Shown one piece after another: positions 20,636 to 31,478 of a stretch of 64,000 nucleotides of DNA (within the stretch, counting starts at the first letter, position 1; each line of letters starts with the position of its first letter). The position numbers and the translations under genes are program-made. Source of the DNA: an uncultured bacterium. GTDB taxonomy: Bacteria > Hydrothermota > Tepidihabitantia > Tepidihabitantales > DTDR01. The stretch spans positions 14,878 to 78,877 of the forward strand of contig CAZDHW010000006.1 of the NCBI GenBank assembly GCA_964505415.1, in the 5' to 3' direction. Under the pieces are notes generated by a model, which saw nothing but the letters and a program-made list of their open reading frames with translations, was not told where the DNA came from and ran no database searches.

Positions 20636-21408
20636 ATAAAATCTTTTTAGAAAAAGGAAAAATAAAACGAAGAATAAATTTTTCCCAAGAAATAATTGGT
20701 TTTTGGGTAACTGCTGAAAATATTAGCCGGCATATTAAAATTGGCCAATTTATTCACATAAAAGTAGCTGATAATACCAATTTGATTTTACGCCGCCCTT
20801 TTTCTGTTGCCGATGTAAAAAATCAAGATTTGTTTTTTATCTTTCGGGTAGTGGGAAAAGGAACATTATTAATGAGTAAATTGAGTAAAAATGATGAGTT
20901 AGATATTTTAGGCCCCCTAGGCAAACCGATTGAAATTCCTCAGGAGAAAAATATTCTTATCATTGGCGGTGGTTTAGGAATTGCTCCTCTTTACTTTTTA
21001 GCCAAAAATTTAAAGAAAAATAAAAAGAATTTATTTATTATTTTAGGAGCTAAAAGTAGCAAAGAACTTATATTAAAAGAAGCTTTTAAAAAATTGAAAC
21101 CCCAAAAACTTATTTTTTATACCGAAGACGGCACTTACGGAAAAAAAGGGAAAGTACCTGACGGCATTCCTTTAATTTTCGAGGAAGAAAAAATAGACGT
21201 TGTCTACACTGCTGGACCAATAGCAATGTTAAAAAAAGTGAAGTTATTGTTAGAAAATAAAGCAATAAAAGTTTATGGTTTTTTAGAAGAAAGAATGGCT
21301 TGTGGTGTGGGTTTATGCTATGTGTGTGCTGTTCCTAAAAAAGATGGTGGTTATTTTCATTTGTGTGAAGAAGGTCCTTGTTTATCTTTAAAAGAAATAA
21401 AGTTATGA
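20632..21408 (+). CDS. pyrK: Dihydroorotate dehydrogenase electron transfer subunit
   Basis: RPFSVAD FAD-binding motif, GGGLGIAPL, and a C-terminal CxxGxCxxC Fe-S cluster motif. Confidence 0.85.
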   Translation: MNKIFLEKGKIKRRINFSQEIIGFWVTAENISRHIKIGQFIHIKVADNTNLILRRPFSVADVKNQDLFFIFRVVGKGTLLMSKLSKNDELDILGPLGKPIEIPQEKNILIIGGGLGIAPLYFLAKNLKKNKKNLFIILGAKSSKELILKEAFKKLKPQKLIFYTEDGTYGKKGKVPDGIPLIFEEEKIDVVYTAGPIAMLKKVKLLLENKAIKVYGFLEERMACGVGLCYVCAVPKKDGGYFHLCEEGPCLSLKEIKL

Positions 21409-22304
21409 ATTTGACACAGAAAATCAAAAATATTACTTTTCAAAATCCCATTTTATTAGCTAGTGGTACTTATGGCTTTGGTTTAAAATTTACTAAGGTA
21501 ATCAATCAGACCGGTGGAATAGTTACTAAGACAATTACCTTTAATCCGTTGATTGGCAATCCGCCCCCGCGTATTTATGAAATCGAGGGTGGAATAATAA
21601 ATTCTGTTGGTTTAGAAAATCCAGGAGCAGTTTATTTTTCAAAAAGAGTTTTATCCAATTTAAAAAACTTAACTACCAATCTTATTGTAAGTGTTGGGGG
21701 AGAGTCTGGTGAGGAAATGATAAAAGTAATAAAAATTCTTGACAATCAGTTAATTTCTGCTTATGAGTTAAATCTTTCTTGCCCAAATATAAAAGCTGGA
21801 GGAATTTTGTTGGGGCAAGAACCAAGAATGGTTGAGAAAATTTTAAAGGAAGTAAAAAATAATACTAAAAAACCAATAATCGCCAAAATTCCGACAACCT
21901 TATGTAATCCAATAGAAATTGCTAAAGCGGTAGAAAATGGAGGGGGTGATTTCGTCACAATTACTAATACAATTCCTGGTTTAGTTATTGACGTAGAAAG
22001 ACAAAAACCATTTTTGGGAGGTGTTATTGGCGGTATTTCCGGTACTTTTTTAAAACATTATTCTCTCTATCTTATTGCTAAAATAAAAAAAATTATTAAA
22101 ATACCAATAATCGGTTGTGGTGGAATTAAAAATTATCGAGATGTTTTAGAATATCTATTCTGCGGAGCAATGTTGGTAGAAATTGGGACCTTGAATTTGC
22201 AAAATCCTTTTGGAGTAGTTAAAATAATTAAGGATTTAAAAAAATGGGTAAAGAAAAATAAACTTAAGGATTTAAAAGAAATAATCGGAAAAATAGAAAT
22301 ATGA
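21405..22304 (+). CDS. pyrD: Dihydroorotate dehydrogenase 1B catalytic subunit
   Basis: NLSCPN active-site motif; start chosen as the ATGA overlap with pyrK. Confidence 0.85.
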   Translation: MNLTQKIKNITFQNPILLASGTYGFGLKFTKVINQTGGIVTKTITFNPLIGNPPPRIYEIEGGIINSVGLENPGAVYFSKRVLSNLKNLTTNLIVSVGGESGEEMIKVIKILDNQLISAYELNLSCPNIKAGGILLGQEPRMVEKILKEVKNNTKKPIIAKIPTTLCNPIEIAKAVENGGGDFVTITNTIPGLVIDVERQKPFLGGVIGGISGTFLKHYSLYLIAKIKKIIKIPIIGCGGIKNYRDVLEYLFCGAMLVEIGTLNLQNPFGVVKIIKDLKKWVKKNKLKDLKEIIGKIEI

Positions 22305-23020
22305 CAAAGATAATTTTAGCTTTGGATGTGGAGACAATACAAAAAGCCAGAAAAATCGTTAAACGTTTGAAAGGCTGGGTTGAAATGTTTAAAGTAGGTA
22401 TTTCGCTTTTTATTAAAACTGGTCCAAGAGTTATAAAAATGATTAAAGATTATAACGAAAAAGTTTTTTTAGATTTGAAATTTTTCGATATTCCTTCGGT
22501 GGTAGAAAAGGCGTGTGAAAATTGTTTGAAATGGCGGGTTGATATGTTTAATCTTCATATCCTCGGTGGCGAAGAAATGCTTCAAAGAGTCGTTGATTAT
22601 GTCAATAATTTTTGCGAAAAGAAAAATATAAAAGAAAAACCAAAAATACTCGGCGTCACTCTTTTAACTAGTTTTAAAGAAGAGAGTTTAATCGGACTTT
22701 TAAATATAAAAAAAGAAGAATTTCAAGATTTAGTTGTGAAATTAGCTTTGGTTGCCAAAAAAGCAAATTTAGATGGTGTAATAGCTTCACCAAGAGATAT
22801 TAAAAGAATAAAGGAAGAATGTGGGAAAGATTTTTTAGTTGTTTCACCAGGTATTAGATTACCCGATATTGAAATTTCTCACGATGATCAAGAAAGAATA
22901 ATGACTGCGGAAGAAGCAGCAAAAGCAGGTGCTGATTATATTGTAATTGGTCGTCCCATATTAAAGGCTGAAGACCCCGTTGATTTAATTATAAAAATAA
23001 AAGAGGATATTAAAAGTTAA
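22301..23020 (+). CDS. pyrF: Orotidine 5'-phosphate decarboxylase
   Basis: ILALDV and DLKFFDIP motifs. Confidence 0.85.
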   Translation: MTKIILALDVETIQKARKIVKRLKGWVEMFKVGISLFIKTGPRVIKMIKDYNEKVFLDLKFFDIPSVVEKACENCLKWRVDMFNLHILGGEEMLQRVVDYVNNFCEKKNIKEKPKILGVTLLTSFKEESLIGLLNIKKEEFQDLVVKLALVAKKANLDGVIASPRDIKRIKEECGKDFLVVSPGIRLPDIEISHDDQERIMTAEEAAKAGADYIVIGRPILKAEDPVDLIIKIKEDIKS

Positions 23021-23584
23021 ATGAAAAAAAAGGAAATCGAACAACTTCTTTTGAAATCTCAAGTATTACAAGAAGGCCATTTTTTGCTTTCTTCCGGTTT
23101 CCATTCTCAATACTACTTTGAAAAATTTCGAATAATCGAAAACCCATCTCTTTTAACAAGATTCTGCCAAATAATTAAAAACAAATTTAAAAATAAAAAA
23201 ATTGACATTGTTTGCGGTCCGACCACCGGTGGCGCCATTATTGCCTATGAAGTCGCTCGACAATTAAAAAAACGTTTAGTGATTGCTGAAAAAGAAAATG
23301 AAAAAAGAGTAATAAGAAGAGGATTTATGATTAATAAAAACGAACGAGTATTAATTGTCGATGATGTGTTAACTACTGGTAATTCCATAAGAGAAACAAT
23401 GAAGGCTCTAAAAGCTTTTGGTGCTAAAATCATTGGTGTCGCTGTTCTTATTGACCGTTCAAACCAAAAAATAAAAGATTTCCGATATTTTGCCATATAC
23501 AAAAAAGAAATACCAGTTTTCGAAGAAAAAAATTGTCCTCTTTGTAAAAAATATCTCCCTTTAGAAAGACCGGGTTCTAAATAA
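23021..23584 (+). CDS. pyrE: Orotate phosphoribosyltransferase
   Basis: PRPP-binding VLIVDDVLTTGNS motif. Confidence 0.85.
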   Translation: MKKKEIEQLLLKSQVLQEGHFLLSSGFHSQYYFEKFRIIENPSLLTRFCQIIKNKFKNKKIDIVCGPTTGGAIIAYEVARQLKKRLVIAEKENEKRVIRRGFMINKNERVLIVDDVLTTGNSIRETMKALKAFGAKIIGVAVLIDRSNQKIKDFRYFAIYKKEIPVFEEKNCPLCKKYLPLERPGSK

Positions 23585-23629
23585 TTTGACATTATTTTGT
23601 TTTTCGTTATTATTAATAATTAGCTAAAT

Positions 23630-24319
23630 ATGATTTTTATAAATTTATTATTAATTGTTTTTAATCAGATTTACCTTATTGATAATCCTTCACCTTATTG
23701 TTTAGGGCATGGTGAATATTTAATTGGTTTCCGACTCCAAGGAAATAATGGAATAATGGCTAATTTTGGAATTGGTCTTTTTGACAGATTGAATTTGGGA
23801 ATTTCCTACTCAGGAGATAGTATTTTAGGAAAAGGTAAGCCCATTTTTCCTAAAAAAAGAGGGCCTGAGTTTCAAATTCGTTTAAAGATAATTGGTGAAG
23901 AAACTTTTGTTTTTCCTGACATAATTTTAGGATTTGATAGTCAGGGTTTTGGTAGTTATGATTCAGTCAAAGGATATTCGGTACCGGAAAAACTTTTTTA
24001 TCTTTTATTAAGTAAGACAATTGATTTTACAAATACCAATATTTTAGGCGGAGTAAATTATTGTGAAAATGTAAATTTCTTTTTAGCAATAAACCAAATG
24101 TTGCCAAATGACTTTAATCTAATTTTGGAGTATAGTTCTTCTTTTCATAATGAAAGAAGAGCATTAAAAAATTATGGTTTTTTGAATGTTGGTCTTGCGT
24201 GGAATTTTAGTGAACAAGTGAGATTCCTTTTTGCATTAAGAGAGATAATTAAAAATCATAAAGATAACAATTATCATTTAAATCGAATTGCTTGTATAAC
24301 TTTTCAATCAGGTTTTTAA
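23630..24319 (+). CDS. Hypothetical protein, possibly a small outer membrane beta-barrel
   Basis: Hydrophobic N-terminus, alternating aromatic pattern, and a C-terminal ...FQSGF ending in Phe. Confidence 0.35.
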   Translation: MIFINLLLIVFNQIYLIDNPSPYCLGHGEYLIGFRLQGNNGIMANFGIGLFDRLNLGISYSGDSILGKGKPIFPKKRGPEFQIRLKIIGEETFVFPDIILGFDSQGFGSYDSVKGYSVPEKLFYLLLSKTIDFTNTNILGGVNYCENVNFFLAINQMLPNDFNLILEYSSSFHNERRALKNYGFLNVGLAWNFSEQVRFLFALREIIKNHKDNNYHLNRIACITFQSGF

Positions 24320-24334
24320 TTTAAGTAAACAAAA

Positions 24335-24682
24335 ATGAATTTTTATTTAATTGTTCGTTCAACCTTTAGTGCTGCTCATAAATTAAGAAACTTGGCGGGC
24401 GATGAAGAGGTTCACGGGCATAATTATCAGGTAGAAGTTTTCATCAAAGAGGAAAAAATTAATAATTTGGGTTATCAATTTGACTTTCGAGAAGTAGAAA
24501 ATTATCTAAAAAATATTTTACCCGACCATAAATTTCTAAATGAAATTTTTGATTTTGTGCCAACTTGTGAAAATATAGCTCGGTATCTTTTTAATAAGAT
24601 AAAAGAAAAATATCCAATTATAAAAATTAGAGTTTGGGAAAACGAAAGATATGCCTGTGAATATGAAGAAGATACCGCTTGA
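24335..24682 (+). CDS. queD: 6-carboxy-5,6,7,8-tetrahydropterin synthase
   Basis: 115 aa PTPS fold with the zinc-binding His triad and CxxxxHGH motif (STFSAAHKL, HGHNY). Confidence 0.8.
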   Translation: MNFYLIVRSTFSAAHKLRNLAGDEEVHGHNYQVEVFIKEEKINNLGYQFDFREVENYLKNILPDHKFLNEIFDFVPTCENIARYLFNKIKEKYPIIKIRVWENERYACEYEEDTA

Positions 24683-24723
24683 CTTTTTAAAAAATTTTAT
24701 TAAAATTATAAATTCCTTTACTT

Positions 24724-25053
24724 ATGCGAGAATTTGAAGAATTAAAAGGAGAGAAGATAAGAATTAAATTAAAAAGTTATGATCATCGAATTTTGGATCA
24801 ATCGGCTAAGCAAATTGTGGAAGTTATTAGACAGACTGGCGGAAAAGTTTCTGGTCCTATACCTTTACCGACAAAACGTTCCCTTTTCACAGTTTTGCGT
24901 TCGCCTTTTATTGATAAGAAATCCAGGGAGCAATTTGAATTACGTATTCATAAAAGATTAATCGAAATTGATAATGCAACGCCAGAAATGATTAACGCTT
25001 TAATTAGATTGGAAGTACCTGCGGGTGTTGATGTAGAGATTAAAATAATGTGA
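24724..25053 (+). CDS. rpsJ: 30S ribosomal protein S10
   Basis: Typical S10 sequence ([16 protein letters not shown]). Confidence 0.95.
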   Translation: MREFEELKGEKIRIKLKSYDHRILDQSAKQIVEVIRQTGGKVSGPIPLPTKRSLFTVLRSPFIDKKSREQFELRIHKRLIEIDNATPEMINALIRLEVPAGVDVEIKIM

Positions 25054-25054
25054 T

Positions 25055-25687
25055 ATGATGGGATTGTTAGGGAAAAAAATAAGGATGACTCAATTATTTG
25101 ATGAAAAAGGTAAAGTTATCCCGTGCACAATAGTAAAATTAGGTCCTTGTTACGTGGTTCAGAAAAAAGTGAAAGAAAAAGACGGATATTGTGCTCTTCA
25201 ACTTGGATTTGATGAAAAAAAGAAGAGTAACAAACCAATGATGGGGCATTTTAAGAAGGCAAACTTACCAGCAATGAGATATTTAAAAGAGTTTAAAGTG
25301 GAGGATATTGATAAGTTTGAAATAGGTCAGGAATTGAAAATAAAAGATGTTTTTAAAGAGGGTGATATAGTGGATGTAACTGGCTGGACAAAAGGAAGAG
25401 GTTTTGCGGGTGGTATGAAAAGATGGGGCTGGAGTGGTGGACCGGCTTCTCACGGTTCTCAATCTCATAGAAGAATTGGTTCTTTAGGAAGCGGAACTGA
25501 TCCGGGAAGACCTTGGAAAGGAAGAACTTTACCAGGACATTATGGTTGTGAAAGAGTAACTGTTAAAAACTTAAGGATTGTAAGAATTGATGAAGATAGC
25601 CATTTGGTTTATATTTCGGGGGCTATTCCGGGATACCGAAATAGTTTAGTGATTGTTAAAAAGGCTAAAAGTGCCACAGGTAAATAA
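25055..25687 (+). CDS. rplC: 50S ribosomal protein L3
   Basis: GLLGKKIRMTQLF N-terminus. Confidence 0.95.
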   Translation: MMGLLGKKIRMTQLFDEKGKVIPCTIVKLGPCYVVQKKVKEKDGYCALQLGFDEKKKSNKPMMGHFKKANLPAMRYLKEFKVEDIDKFEIGQELKIKDVFKEGDIVDVTGWTKGRGFAGGMKRWGWSGGPASHGSQSHRRIGSLGSGTDPGRPWKGRTLPGHYGCERVTVKNLRIVRIDEDSHLVYISGAIPGYRNSLVIVKKAKSATGK

Positions 25688-25689
25688 AT

Positions 25690-26325
25690 ATGAAAGCAGA
25701 ATTATTAAGTATTAACGGAGAAATAAAAGGCGAAATTGAAATACCCGGAGAGATTTTTGCTTCGGAAATAAATGAAGGATTAATTTGGGAAGTGGTTACT
25801 AATTATTTAAACAATCAACGCCAAGGAACTGCGTGTACTAAAACTCGCGGTGAAGTGAGAGGTGGTGGACGTAAACCTTGGCCGCAAAAACATACCGGAA
25901 GAGCCCGTCATGGTTCTATTCGTTCACCTATTTGGCGAAAGGGAGGCATAGTATTTGGTCCAAAGCCAAGGGATTATTACTATTCTTTGCCCAAAAAGAA
26001 AAAGAAATTTGCTTTACTTTCTGCTCTTTCTGCCCGTTATCAAGATAAAGCAGTAATTTTTTTAGAGGATTTCAACTTGGAGCAACCTAAAACAAGGTTG
26101 ATGTATAATATTTTGAAAAATCTAAAAATTAATAGTAAAAATATTCTTCTAGTAGTAAAAGAAATAAGCCGAAACGTAAAATTGGCTTCGCGAAATATTC
26201 CTAATTTGACTTTAATGCCAGCTCATAGTTTAAATGCCTATGAGGTTTTAGTTAATGACAAAATTATATTCACGGAAAGCGGCTTAGAAAGATTAAAAGA
26301 ATTATGTTTGACCCAAGAAAAATAA
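25690..26325 (+). CDS. rplD: 50S ribosomal protein L4
   Basis: Position in the operon and an L4-like sequence. Confidence 0.9.
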   Translation: MKAELLSINGEIKGEIEIPGEIFASEINEGLIWEVVTNYLNNQRQGTACTKTRGEVRGGGRKPWPQKHTGRARHGSIRSPIWRKGGIVFGPKPRDYYYSLPKKKKKFALLSALSARYQDKAVIFLEDFNLEQPKTRLMYNILKNLKINSKNILLVVKEISRNVKLASRNIPNLTLMPAHSLNAYEVLVNDKIIFTESGLERLKELCLTQEK

Positions 26326-26588
26326 TAATTAGACCAATTTTAACAGAAAAGGCTTTGAGATTAAGAGAATATAATCAATATGTTTTTGAAGTAAAAAAAG
26401 AAGCTAATAAAATTGATATTAAAAGGGCAGTTGAGGAACTTTTTAAAGTTAAGGTTGAAAAAGTTAGAACAATAAATATGCGTGGCAAACCAAAAAGGAT
26501 TGGTTTATTTGAAGGTAGGACTTCTTCTTGGAAAAAGGCAATTGTTACTCTAAAAGAAGGTGAAAGAATAGAAGGGTTAGAAAGATAA
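26304..26588 (+). CDS. rplW: 50S ribosomal protein L23
   Basis: 94 aa with an L23-like sequence; operon position. Confidence 0.9.
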   Translation: MFDPRKIIIRPILTEKALRLREYNQYVFEVKKEANKIDIKRAVEELFKVKVEKVRTINMRGKPKRIGLFEGRTSSWKKAIVTLKEGERIEGLER

Positions 26589-26590
26589 TT

Positions 26591-27433
26591 ATGTCAGTTC
26601 GAACATATATTAAAAAATATAAACCAATAACTCCAGCAAGAAGATTTTATAGTGTGGTTAAATTAGAAGGTGTTCCCAAACGTGAACCTTATAAACCCTT
26701 ACTGGTAATTAAAAAGAGTAAAGCTGGAAGAAATAATTTGGGGAGAATTACTGCCAAATACCGAGGCGGTGGTGAGAAAAAATATTATCGAATTATTGAT
26801 TTTAAGAGAGATAAATATGACATTCCAGCCAAGGTTGTTTCTATTGAATACGATCCCAACCGGACTGCTTGGATTGCTTTAGTTTGTTATCAAGATGGCG
26901 AATATCGTTATATAATTGCTCCTGATGGTTTACAGATTGGCGATATTATAATTTCTACCCGTGATAAAGAAATACCTATAAAAATTGGAAATGCAATGCC
27001 TTTGAGACTTATTCCGGTAGGAGTAGAAATCCATAATCTTCAACTTTATCCTAACTATCCTTCTTATATTGCTCGAGCTGCTGGAACTGCTTGTCAAATT
27101 TTAGCAAAAGAAGAGAAATACGCCATAGTTAAATTACCTTCCGGAGAAATAAGAAAATTCCATTTAGATTGTATGGCCACTATCGGTAGAGTTTCTAAGC
27201 CCGAACATAAAGATGTTACTATTGGAAAAGCTGGAAGAAAAAGACATATGGGAAGAAGACCAAGAACTAGAGCAGTAGCTATGAATCCTGTTGATCATCC
27301 TATGGGCGGAGGAGAAGGTAGATCTCATGGCGGAAGACATCCTTGTTCTGAAAAAGGTCTTTTAGCAAAAGGTAAAAAGACAAGAAAGAAAAGGAAGTCA
27401 TCGGATAAATTTATTATTCAAAAAAGAAAATAA
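26591..27433 (+). CDS. rplB: 50S ribosomal protein L2
   Basis: 280 aa; GRNNLGRIT and GGGEGR motifs. Confidence 0.95.
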   Translation: MSVRTYIKKYKPITPARRFYSVVKLEGVPKREPYKPLLVIKKSKAGRNNLGRITAKYRGGGEKKYYRIIDFKRDKYDIPAKVVSIEYDPNRTAWIALVCYQDGEYRYIIAPDGLQIGDIIISTRDKEIPIKIGNAMPLRLIPVGVEIHNLQLYPNYPSYIARAAGTACQILAKEEKYAIVKLPSGEIRKFHLDCMATIGRVSKPEHKDVTIGKAGRKRHMGRRPRTRAVAMNPVDHPMGGGEGRSHGGRHPCSEKGLLAKGKKTRKKRKSSDKFIIQKRK

Positions 27434-27435
27434 TT

Positions 27436-27729
27436 ATGGGAAGAAGTTCTAAGAAAGGACCTTATATTGACCAAAAACTTTATAAAAAAATAATGGAAAT
27501 GAATGAGAAAGGAATAAAAAAAGTGATAAAAACTTATGCTCGAGCCTGTGTTATTCCTCCGGAATTTGTTGGTCACACTATAGCTGTTCATAACGGAATA
27601 AAATTTATACCTGTTTATATTACGGAAAGAATGGTAGGACATCGATTAGGCGAATTTGCACCGACAAGAACATTTAGAGCTCATTCGGGACAAAGGAAAG
27701 AAAAAGAAGGAAGAAGAGAAAAGGAATAA
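27436..27729 (+). CDS. rpsS: 30S ribosomal protein S19 (with a K/E-rich C-terminal tail)
   Basis: GHTIAVHNG motif; extra C-terminal sequence [13 protein letters not shown]. Confidence 0.9.
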   Translation: MGRSSKKGPYIDQKLYKKIMEMNEKGIKKVIKTYARACVIPPEFVGHTIAVHNGIKFIPVYITERMVGHRLGEFAPTRTFRAHSGQRKEKEGRREKE

Positions 27730-27733
27730 TGTT

Positions 27734-28102
27734 ATGGAAGTAAAAGCAGTAAGCCGCTATCAAAGAATTTCAGTAAAAAAGGCAAATCGTGTATTGGAAT
27801 TAATTCGCGGCAAAAATGCTAAGGAGGCTTTAAATATCTTGTATTTTCTTCCCAAACCAAAGCATAAAGTACCTATTTTGAAGACTTTAAAATCAGCTAT
27901 TGCCAATGCTATTTATAAAGCGGGAAAAGTAAAATTAAAAGAAGAAGATTTATATGTGAAGGAAGCAAGGGTAACACCGGGTCCAATGTTAAAAAGATGG
28001 CAAGCGGGACCAATGGGAAGGGCAATGATGATAAGAAGAAGGACTTCTCATATATATATTACTGTGGCTACTATTGAAGAAAATAAAAAAGGAGAAGAAT
28101 AA
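27734..28102 (+). CDS. rplV: 50S ribosomal protein L22
   Basis: MEVKAVSRYQRISVKKANRV N-terminus; the track ORF from 27656 is an upstream frame extension. Confidence 0.9.
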   Translation: MEVKAVSRYQRISVKKANRVLELIRGKNAKEALNILYFLPKPKHKVPILKTLKSAIANAIYKAGKVKLKEEDLYVKEARVTPGPMLKRWQAGPMGRAMMIRRRTSHIYITVATIEENKKGEE

Positions 28103-28737
28103 TGGGTCAGAAAACTCATCCTTATGGTTTTCGTTTAGGAATTACTAAGCAATGGAAATCCCATTGGTTTGCAGAAAAGAATTATCGGGAATATCTTTTA
28201 GAAGATTTAAAAATAAAAGATTATTTCAAAGAAAAATATGCTGATGCTTTAATTTCTGATATTGAAATTTTGAGATTTCCTGATAGAATTAATATTTTTG
28301 TATATACTGCCCGGCCAGGATTTATTATTGGTCGGGGAGGAAAAAATAAAGACAAATTAAGGGAAGAAATTTTAAAATTAATTAATCGAAAAGTAGATGT
28401 GGATATTGATTTAGAAGCAATACGCGTACCGGAATTAGATGCAAAAATTGTTGCTTTTCAATTGGCGCGGGAATTAGAAAAAAGGGTAGCTCATCGACGA
28501 GCAATGAAGAGACATATTAGTCAAGCGGTAAGATTGGGTGCTAAAGGAATAAAAATACGAATTTCGGGAAGAATTGCCGGTGCAGAAATTGCCCGTTCTG
28601 AATGGCTTCAAGAAGGTCGAGTACCTTTACAAACTATAAAAGCGGACATTGACTACGGAACTGACACCGCTTTTACTGTTTACGGAACAATCGGTGTAAA
28701 AGTGTGGATTTATAAAGGGGACGTTGAAACTTTATAA
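28102..28737 (+). CDS. rpsC: 30S ribosomal protein S3
   Basis: MGQKTHPYGFRLGI N-terminus and a KH domain. Confidence 0.95.
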   Translation: MGQKTHPYGFRLGITKQWKSHWFAEKNYREYLLEDLKIKDYFKEKYADALISDIEILRFPDRINIFVYTARPGFIIGRGGKNKDKLREEILKLINRKVDVDIDLEAIRVPELDAKIVAFQLARELEKRVAHRRAMKRHISQAVRLGAKGIKIRISGRIAGAEIARSEWLQEGRVPLQTIKADIDYGTDTAFTVYGTIGVKVWIYKGDVETL

Positions 28738-28750
28738 GTAGAGGAGAATT

Positions 28751-29179
28751 ATGTTAATGCCTAAAAGAGTAAAATACCGAAAACATCATCGAGGAAGAAG
28801 AAAAGGTAAGGCTACTGCAGGTAATAAGTTAGATTTTGGCGAATACGGTTTACAAGTTTTGGAACCTGCGTGGATTACAGCAGCCCAATTGGAAGCAGCG
28901 AGGGTGGCTATTACTAAATCTTTAAAGAAAACCGGTAAATTATGGGTAAGAATATTTCCTGATAAACCGGTAACCAAAAAACCAGCAGAAACTAGAATGG
29001 GAAAAGGTAAAGGTGATGTGGCCTTTTGGGTTTCAGTAGTTAAACCAGGGCGGGTAATTTTTGAACTAGAAGGAGTTAGTGAGGAAGAGGCGATACATGC
29101 TTTTAATTTAGCAAAAGCAAAGTTGCCTTGTAAAACGAGAATATTGAAAAGAGAAGAAATTGTTTATGAAACCAGCTGA
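28751..29179 (+). CDS. rplP: 50S ribosomal protein L16
   Basis: [16 protein letters not shown]-terminus. Confidence 0.95.
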   Translation: MLMPKRVKYRKHHRGRRKGKATAGNKLDFGEYGLQVLEPAWITAAQLEAARVAITKSLKKTGKLWVRIFPDKPVTKKPAETRMGKGKGDVAFWVSVVKPGRVIFELEGVSEEEAIHAFNLAKAKLPCKTRILKREEIVYETS

Positions 29180-29399
29180 ATTGCGAGAACTTTCTGATGA
29201 AGAACTTTTAAGGAAATATTTTGAATTAACTGACGAATATTTTAAATTGAGAATACGAAAGGTTACCGAAACATTACCTAATCCTTTGAGATTAAGAACG
29301 ATAAGAAAGGATATCGCACGTGTTTTGACTGTTTTAAGAGAACGAGGTTATACAAAAGAGAAAGTTTTACTTTGGGGTAGAAAATATGCGCGGCCGTAG
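29166..29399 (+). CDS. rpmC: 50S ribosomal protein L29 (C-terminally extended)
   Basis: [15 protein letters not shown]-terminus. Confidence 0.85.
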   Translation: MKPAELRELSDEELLRKYFELTDEYFKLRIRKVTETLPNPLRLRTIRKDIARVLTVLRERGYTKEKVLLWGRKYARP

Positions 29400-29625
29400 A
29401 AAGACAGTTATTGCAGTTGTTAAAAGTAATAAAATGGATAAAACGGTTGTTTGCGAAGTAGAGCGTTTGGTAATGCATCCAAAATATAAAAAGTATATTA
29501 GAAAAAAAACAAAATTATATGCCCATGACCCTAATAATGAATGCCAAGTGGGTGATAAAGTTCTATTGATGGAAACAAGACCTTTATCAAAATTAAAGCG
29601 TTGGCGCGTGGTGAAAAAACTATGA
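29386..29625 (+). CDS. rpsQ: 30S ribosomal protein S17
   Basis: [21 protein letters not shown] motif. Confidence 0.9.
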   Translation: MRGRRKTVIAVVKSNKMDKTVVCEVERLVMHPKYKKYIRKKTKLYAHDPNNECQVGDKVLLMETRPLSKLKRWRVVKKL

Positions 29626-29990
29626 TTCAAGATTTTACTCGTTTAGTTGTTGCTGATAATACCGGTGCTAAAGAGGCAATGGTGATTAAAGTTTTGGGAG
29701 GGTCAAAAAGAAAATATGGATATGTAGGTGATATCGTGGTGGTAACAATAAAAGATGCAGTTCCTCAAGCACCGATTAAAAAAGGTGATAAAGTCCGAGC
29801 AGTGATTGTGCGAACTAAAAAAGAATATCGACGACCAGACGGTTCCTACATTCGTTTTGATGATAATGCTTGTGTTTTAATTGATGAAAAGGGCGAGCCT
29901 CGGGGTACTAGAGTTTTTGGTCCGGTTGCTCGAGAACTAAGGGATAAAATGTTTACCAAAATTATTTCTTTAGCAGCTGAAGTAGTATGA
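29622..29990 (+). CDS. rplN: 50S ribosomal protein L14
   Basis: [19 protein letters not shown]-terminus. Confidence 0.95.
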   Translation: MIQDFTRLVVADNTGAKEAMVIKVLGGSKRKYGYVGDIVVVTIKDAVPQAPIKKGDKVRAVIVRTKKEYRRPDGSYIRFDDNACVLIDEKGEPRGTRVFGPVARELRDKMFTKIISLAAEVV

Positions 29991-30319
29991 GATTAAAGAC
30001 TTATCTTAAAAAGAATGATATCGTGGAGGTAATTTCTGGCGAAGAAAAAGGGAAAAGAGGTAAGATTATTAAAATGCTTTATGAAAAAGATAAAAATATG
30101 GTACGAGCAATTGTTGAAGGTGTGAATTTGCATAAAAAACATCAAAAACCTCGAGGTGCCGATCAACCAGGTGGAATTATCGATATTCCGTTACCTTTAC
30201 CTGTGTGTAAATTAGCTTTGATTTGTCCCAAATGTGGGCAGAAAACAAAAGTTAAAAGAGAAAAAATTGAAGGGAAAAGAGTAAGAATTTGTAAAAAGTG
30301 TAATGAAATCATTGACTGA
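29987..30319 (+). CDS. rplX: 50S ribosomal protein L24 (with a C-terminal CxxC...CxxC zinc ribbon)
   Basis: KOW motif ([16 protein letters not shown]) plus CPKCG...CKKC. Confidence 0.9.
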   Translation: MRLKTYLKKNDIVEVISGEEKGKRGKIIKMLYEKDKNMVRAIVEGVNLHKKHQKPRGADQPGGIIDIPLPLPVCKLALICPKCGQKTKVKREKIEGKRVRICKKCNEIID

Positions 30320-30884
30320 AAATCAAGGAAAAACAAAATCCATACCTCGGTTATTAAAGGAATATCGGGAAAGAATTATTCCTACATTAATGAAAAAATT
30401 TGGTTACAAAAATCCTATGCAAGTGCCAAAATTAAAAAAAATTGTAATAAATGTAGCTGCGGGAGAAGCTATTTCTGATCCCAAAATTCTAGATATTATC
30501 AGTGAAGATTTAAGTTTAATAACTGGTCAAAAACCGATGATTGTGAGGGCAAAAAGGTCGGTCTCCGCTTTTAAATTAAGAAAAGGCGTTCCTATTGCTT
30601 GTAAAGTTACTTTAAGAGGATATCGGATGTACGAATTTTTGGATCGATTTTTAAATTTTGCTGCTCCGCGAATAAGAGATTTCCGTGGTTTTGATCCTAA
30701 TTCTTTTGATACCCGCGGAAATTATAATTTAGGTATTTCTGAACAAGTGATTTTTCCGGAAATTGATGCAAGTAAGGTAAAAAAAATTTTCGGTATGGAT
30801 ATTGCTATTGTAACCACCGCAGAAAAAGATGACGAAGCTAAGGCGTTGCTAGAAGAGTTGGGAATGGTATTTAAAAAGGAGTAA
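30303..30884 (+). CDS. rplE: 50S ribosomal protein L5
   Basis: [20 protein letters not shown] matches the L5 N-terminal region; the start position is uncertain. Confidence 0.9.
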   Translation: MKSLTENQGKTKSIPRLLKEYRERIIPTLMKKFGYKNPMQVPKLKKIVINVAAGEAISDPKILDIISEDLSLITGQKPMIVRAKRSVSAFKLRKGVPIACKVTLRGYRMYEFLDRFLNFAAPRIRDFRGFDPNSFDTRGNYNLGISEQVIFPEIDASKVKKIFGMDIAIVTTAEKDDEAKALLEELGMVFKKE

Positions 30885-30885
30885 A

Positions 30886-31071
30886 ATGGCAAGAAAATGT
30901 CAGATTGAAAAAAGTAAAAAAGAACCAAGGTATAAAACAAGGATCAGATTTCGGTGCCAAAGATGTTTTCGTGCGCGTGGATATTTAAGAAAATTTGGGC
31001 TTTGTCGAATTTGTTTTCGAGAATTAGCTTTAAGAGGTGAAATTCCGGGTGTGAGGAAAGCAAGTTGGTAA
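30886..31071 (+). CDS. rpsZ: 30S ribosomal protein S14 type Z (zinc-binding)
   Basis: 61 aa with CxxC...CxxC. Confidence 0.9.
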   Translation: MARKCQIEKSKKEPRYKTRIRFRCQRCFRARGYLRKFGLCRICFRELALRGEIPGVRKASW

Positions 31072-31082
31072 TAGGGGGAAGG

Positions 31083-31478
31083 ATGGTTACGGATCCAATT
31101 AGTGATATGTTAACCAGAATAAGAAATGCTTTAATGGTCCGCCATAAGGAAGTAAGAATACCTTATTCCAAAATGAAATTAGAAATTGCTAGGATTCTTT
31201 TGGAAGAAGGTTATATTACCAATTTCCAAGTTATTGGTGAAGGAGTTAAAAAAGAAATTAACATTATTTTAAAATATACCGAAGATGGTAAACCTGTCAT
31301 TTATGGGTTAAAAAGAATTTCTAAACCTAGCCGAAGGGTTTATGTAGGGGTGAAAGAAATTCCTAAAGTAAAAGGGGGCTTGGGAATTGCTATTCTTTCT
31401 ACTCCCAAAGGAATTCTTACTGATCGCCAGGCTAGAAAAGAAAATGTTGGTGGTGAATTACTTTTGGAGGTTTGGTGA
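31083..31478 (+). CDS. rpsH: 30S ribosomal protein S8
   Basis: [17 protein letters not shown]-terminus; SD GGGGGAAGG upstream. This is the last gene of the ribosomal cluster in this window. Confidence 0.95.
   Translation: MVTDPISDMLTRIRNALMVRHKEVRIPYSKMKLEIARILLEEGYITNFQVIGEGVKKEINIILKYTEDGKPVIYGLKRISKPSRRVYVGVKEIPKVKGGLGIAILSTPKGILTDRQARKENVGGELLLEVW

Noticed and set aside
27656-27733. Upstream extensions of ribosomal protein ORFs (L22 from 27656, L14 from 29601, S8 from 31065, L29 from 29160, ndk from 18909)
   Set aside because: The conserved N-termini begin at internal ATGs with an SD, and the extensions overlap the preceding gene.
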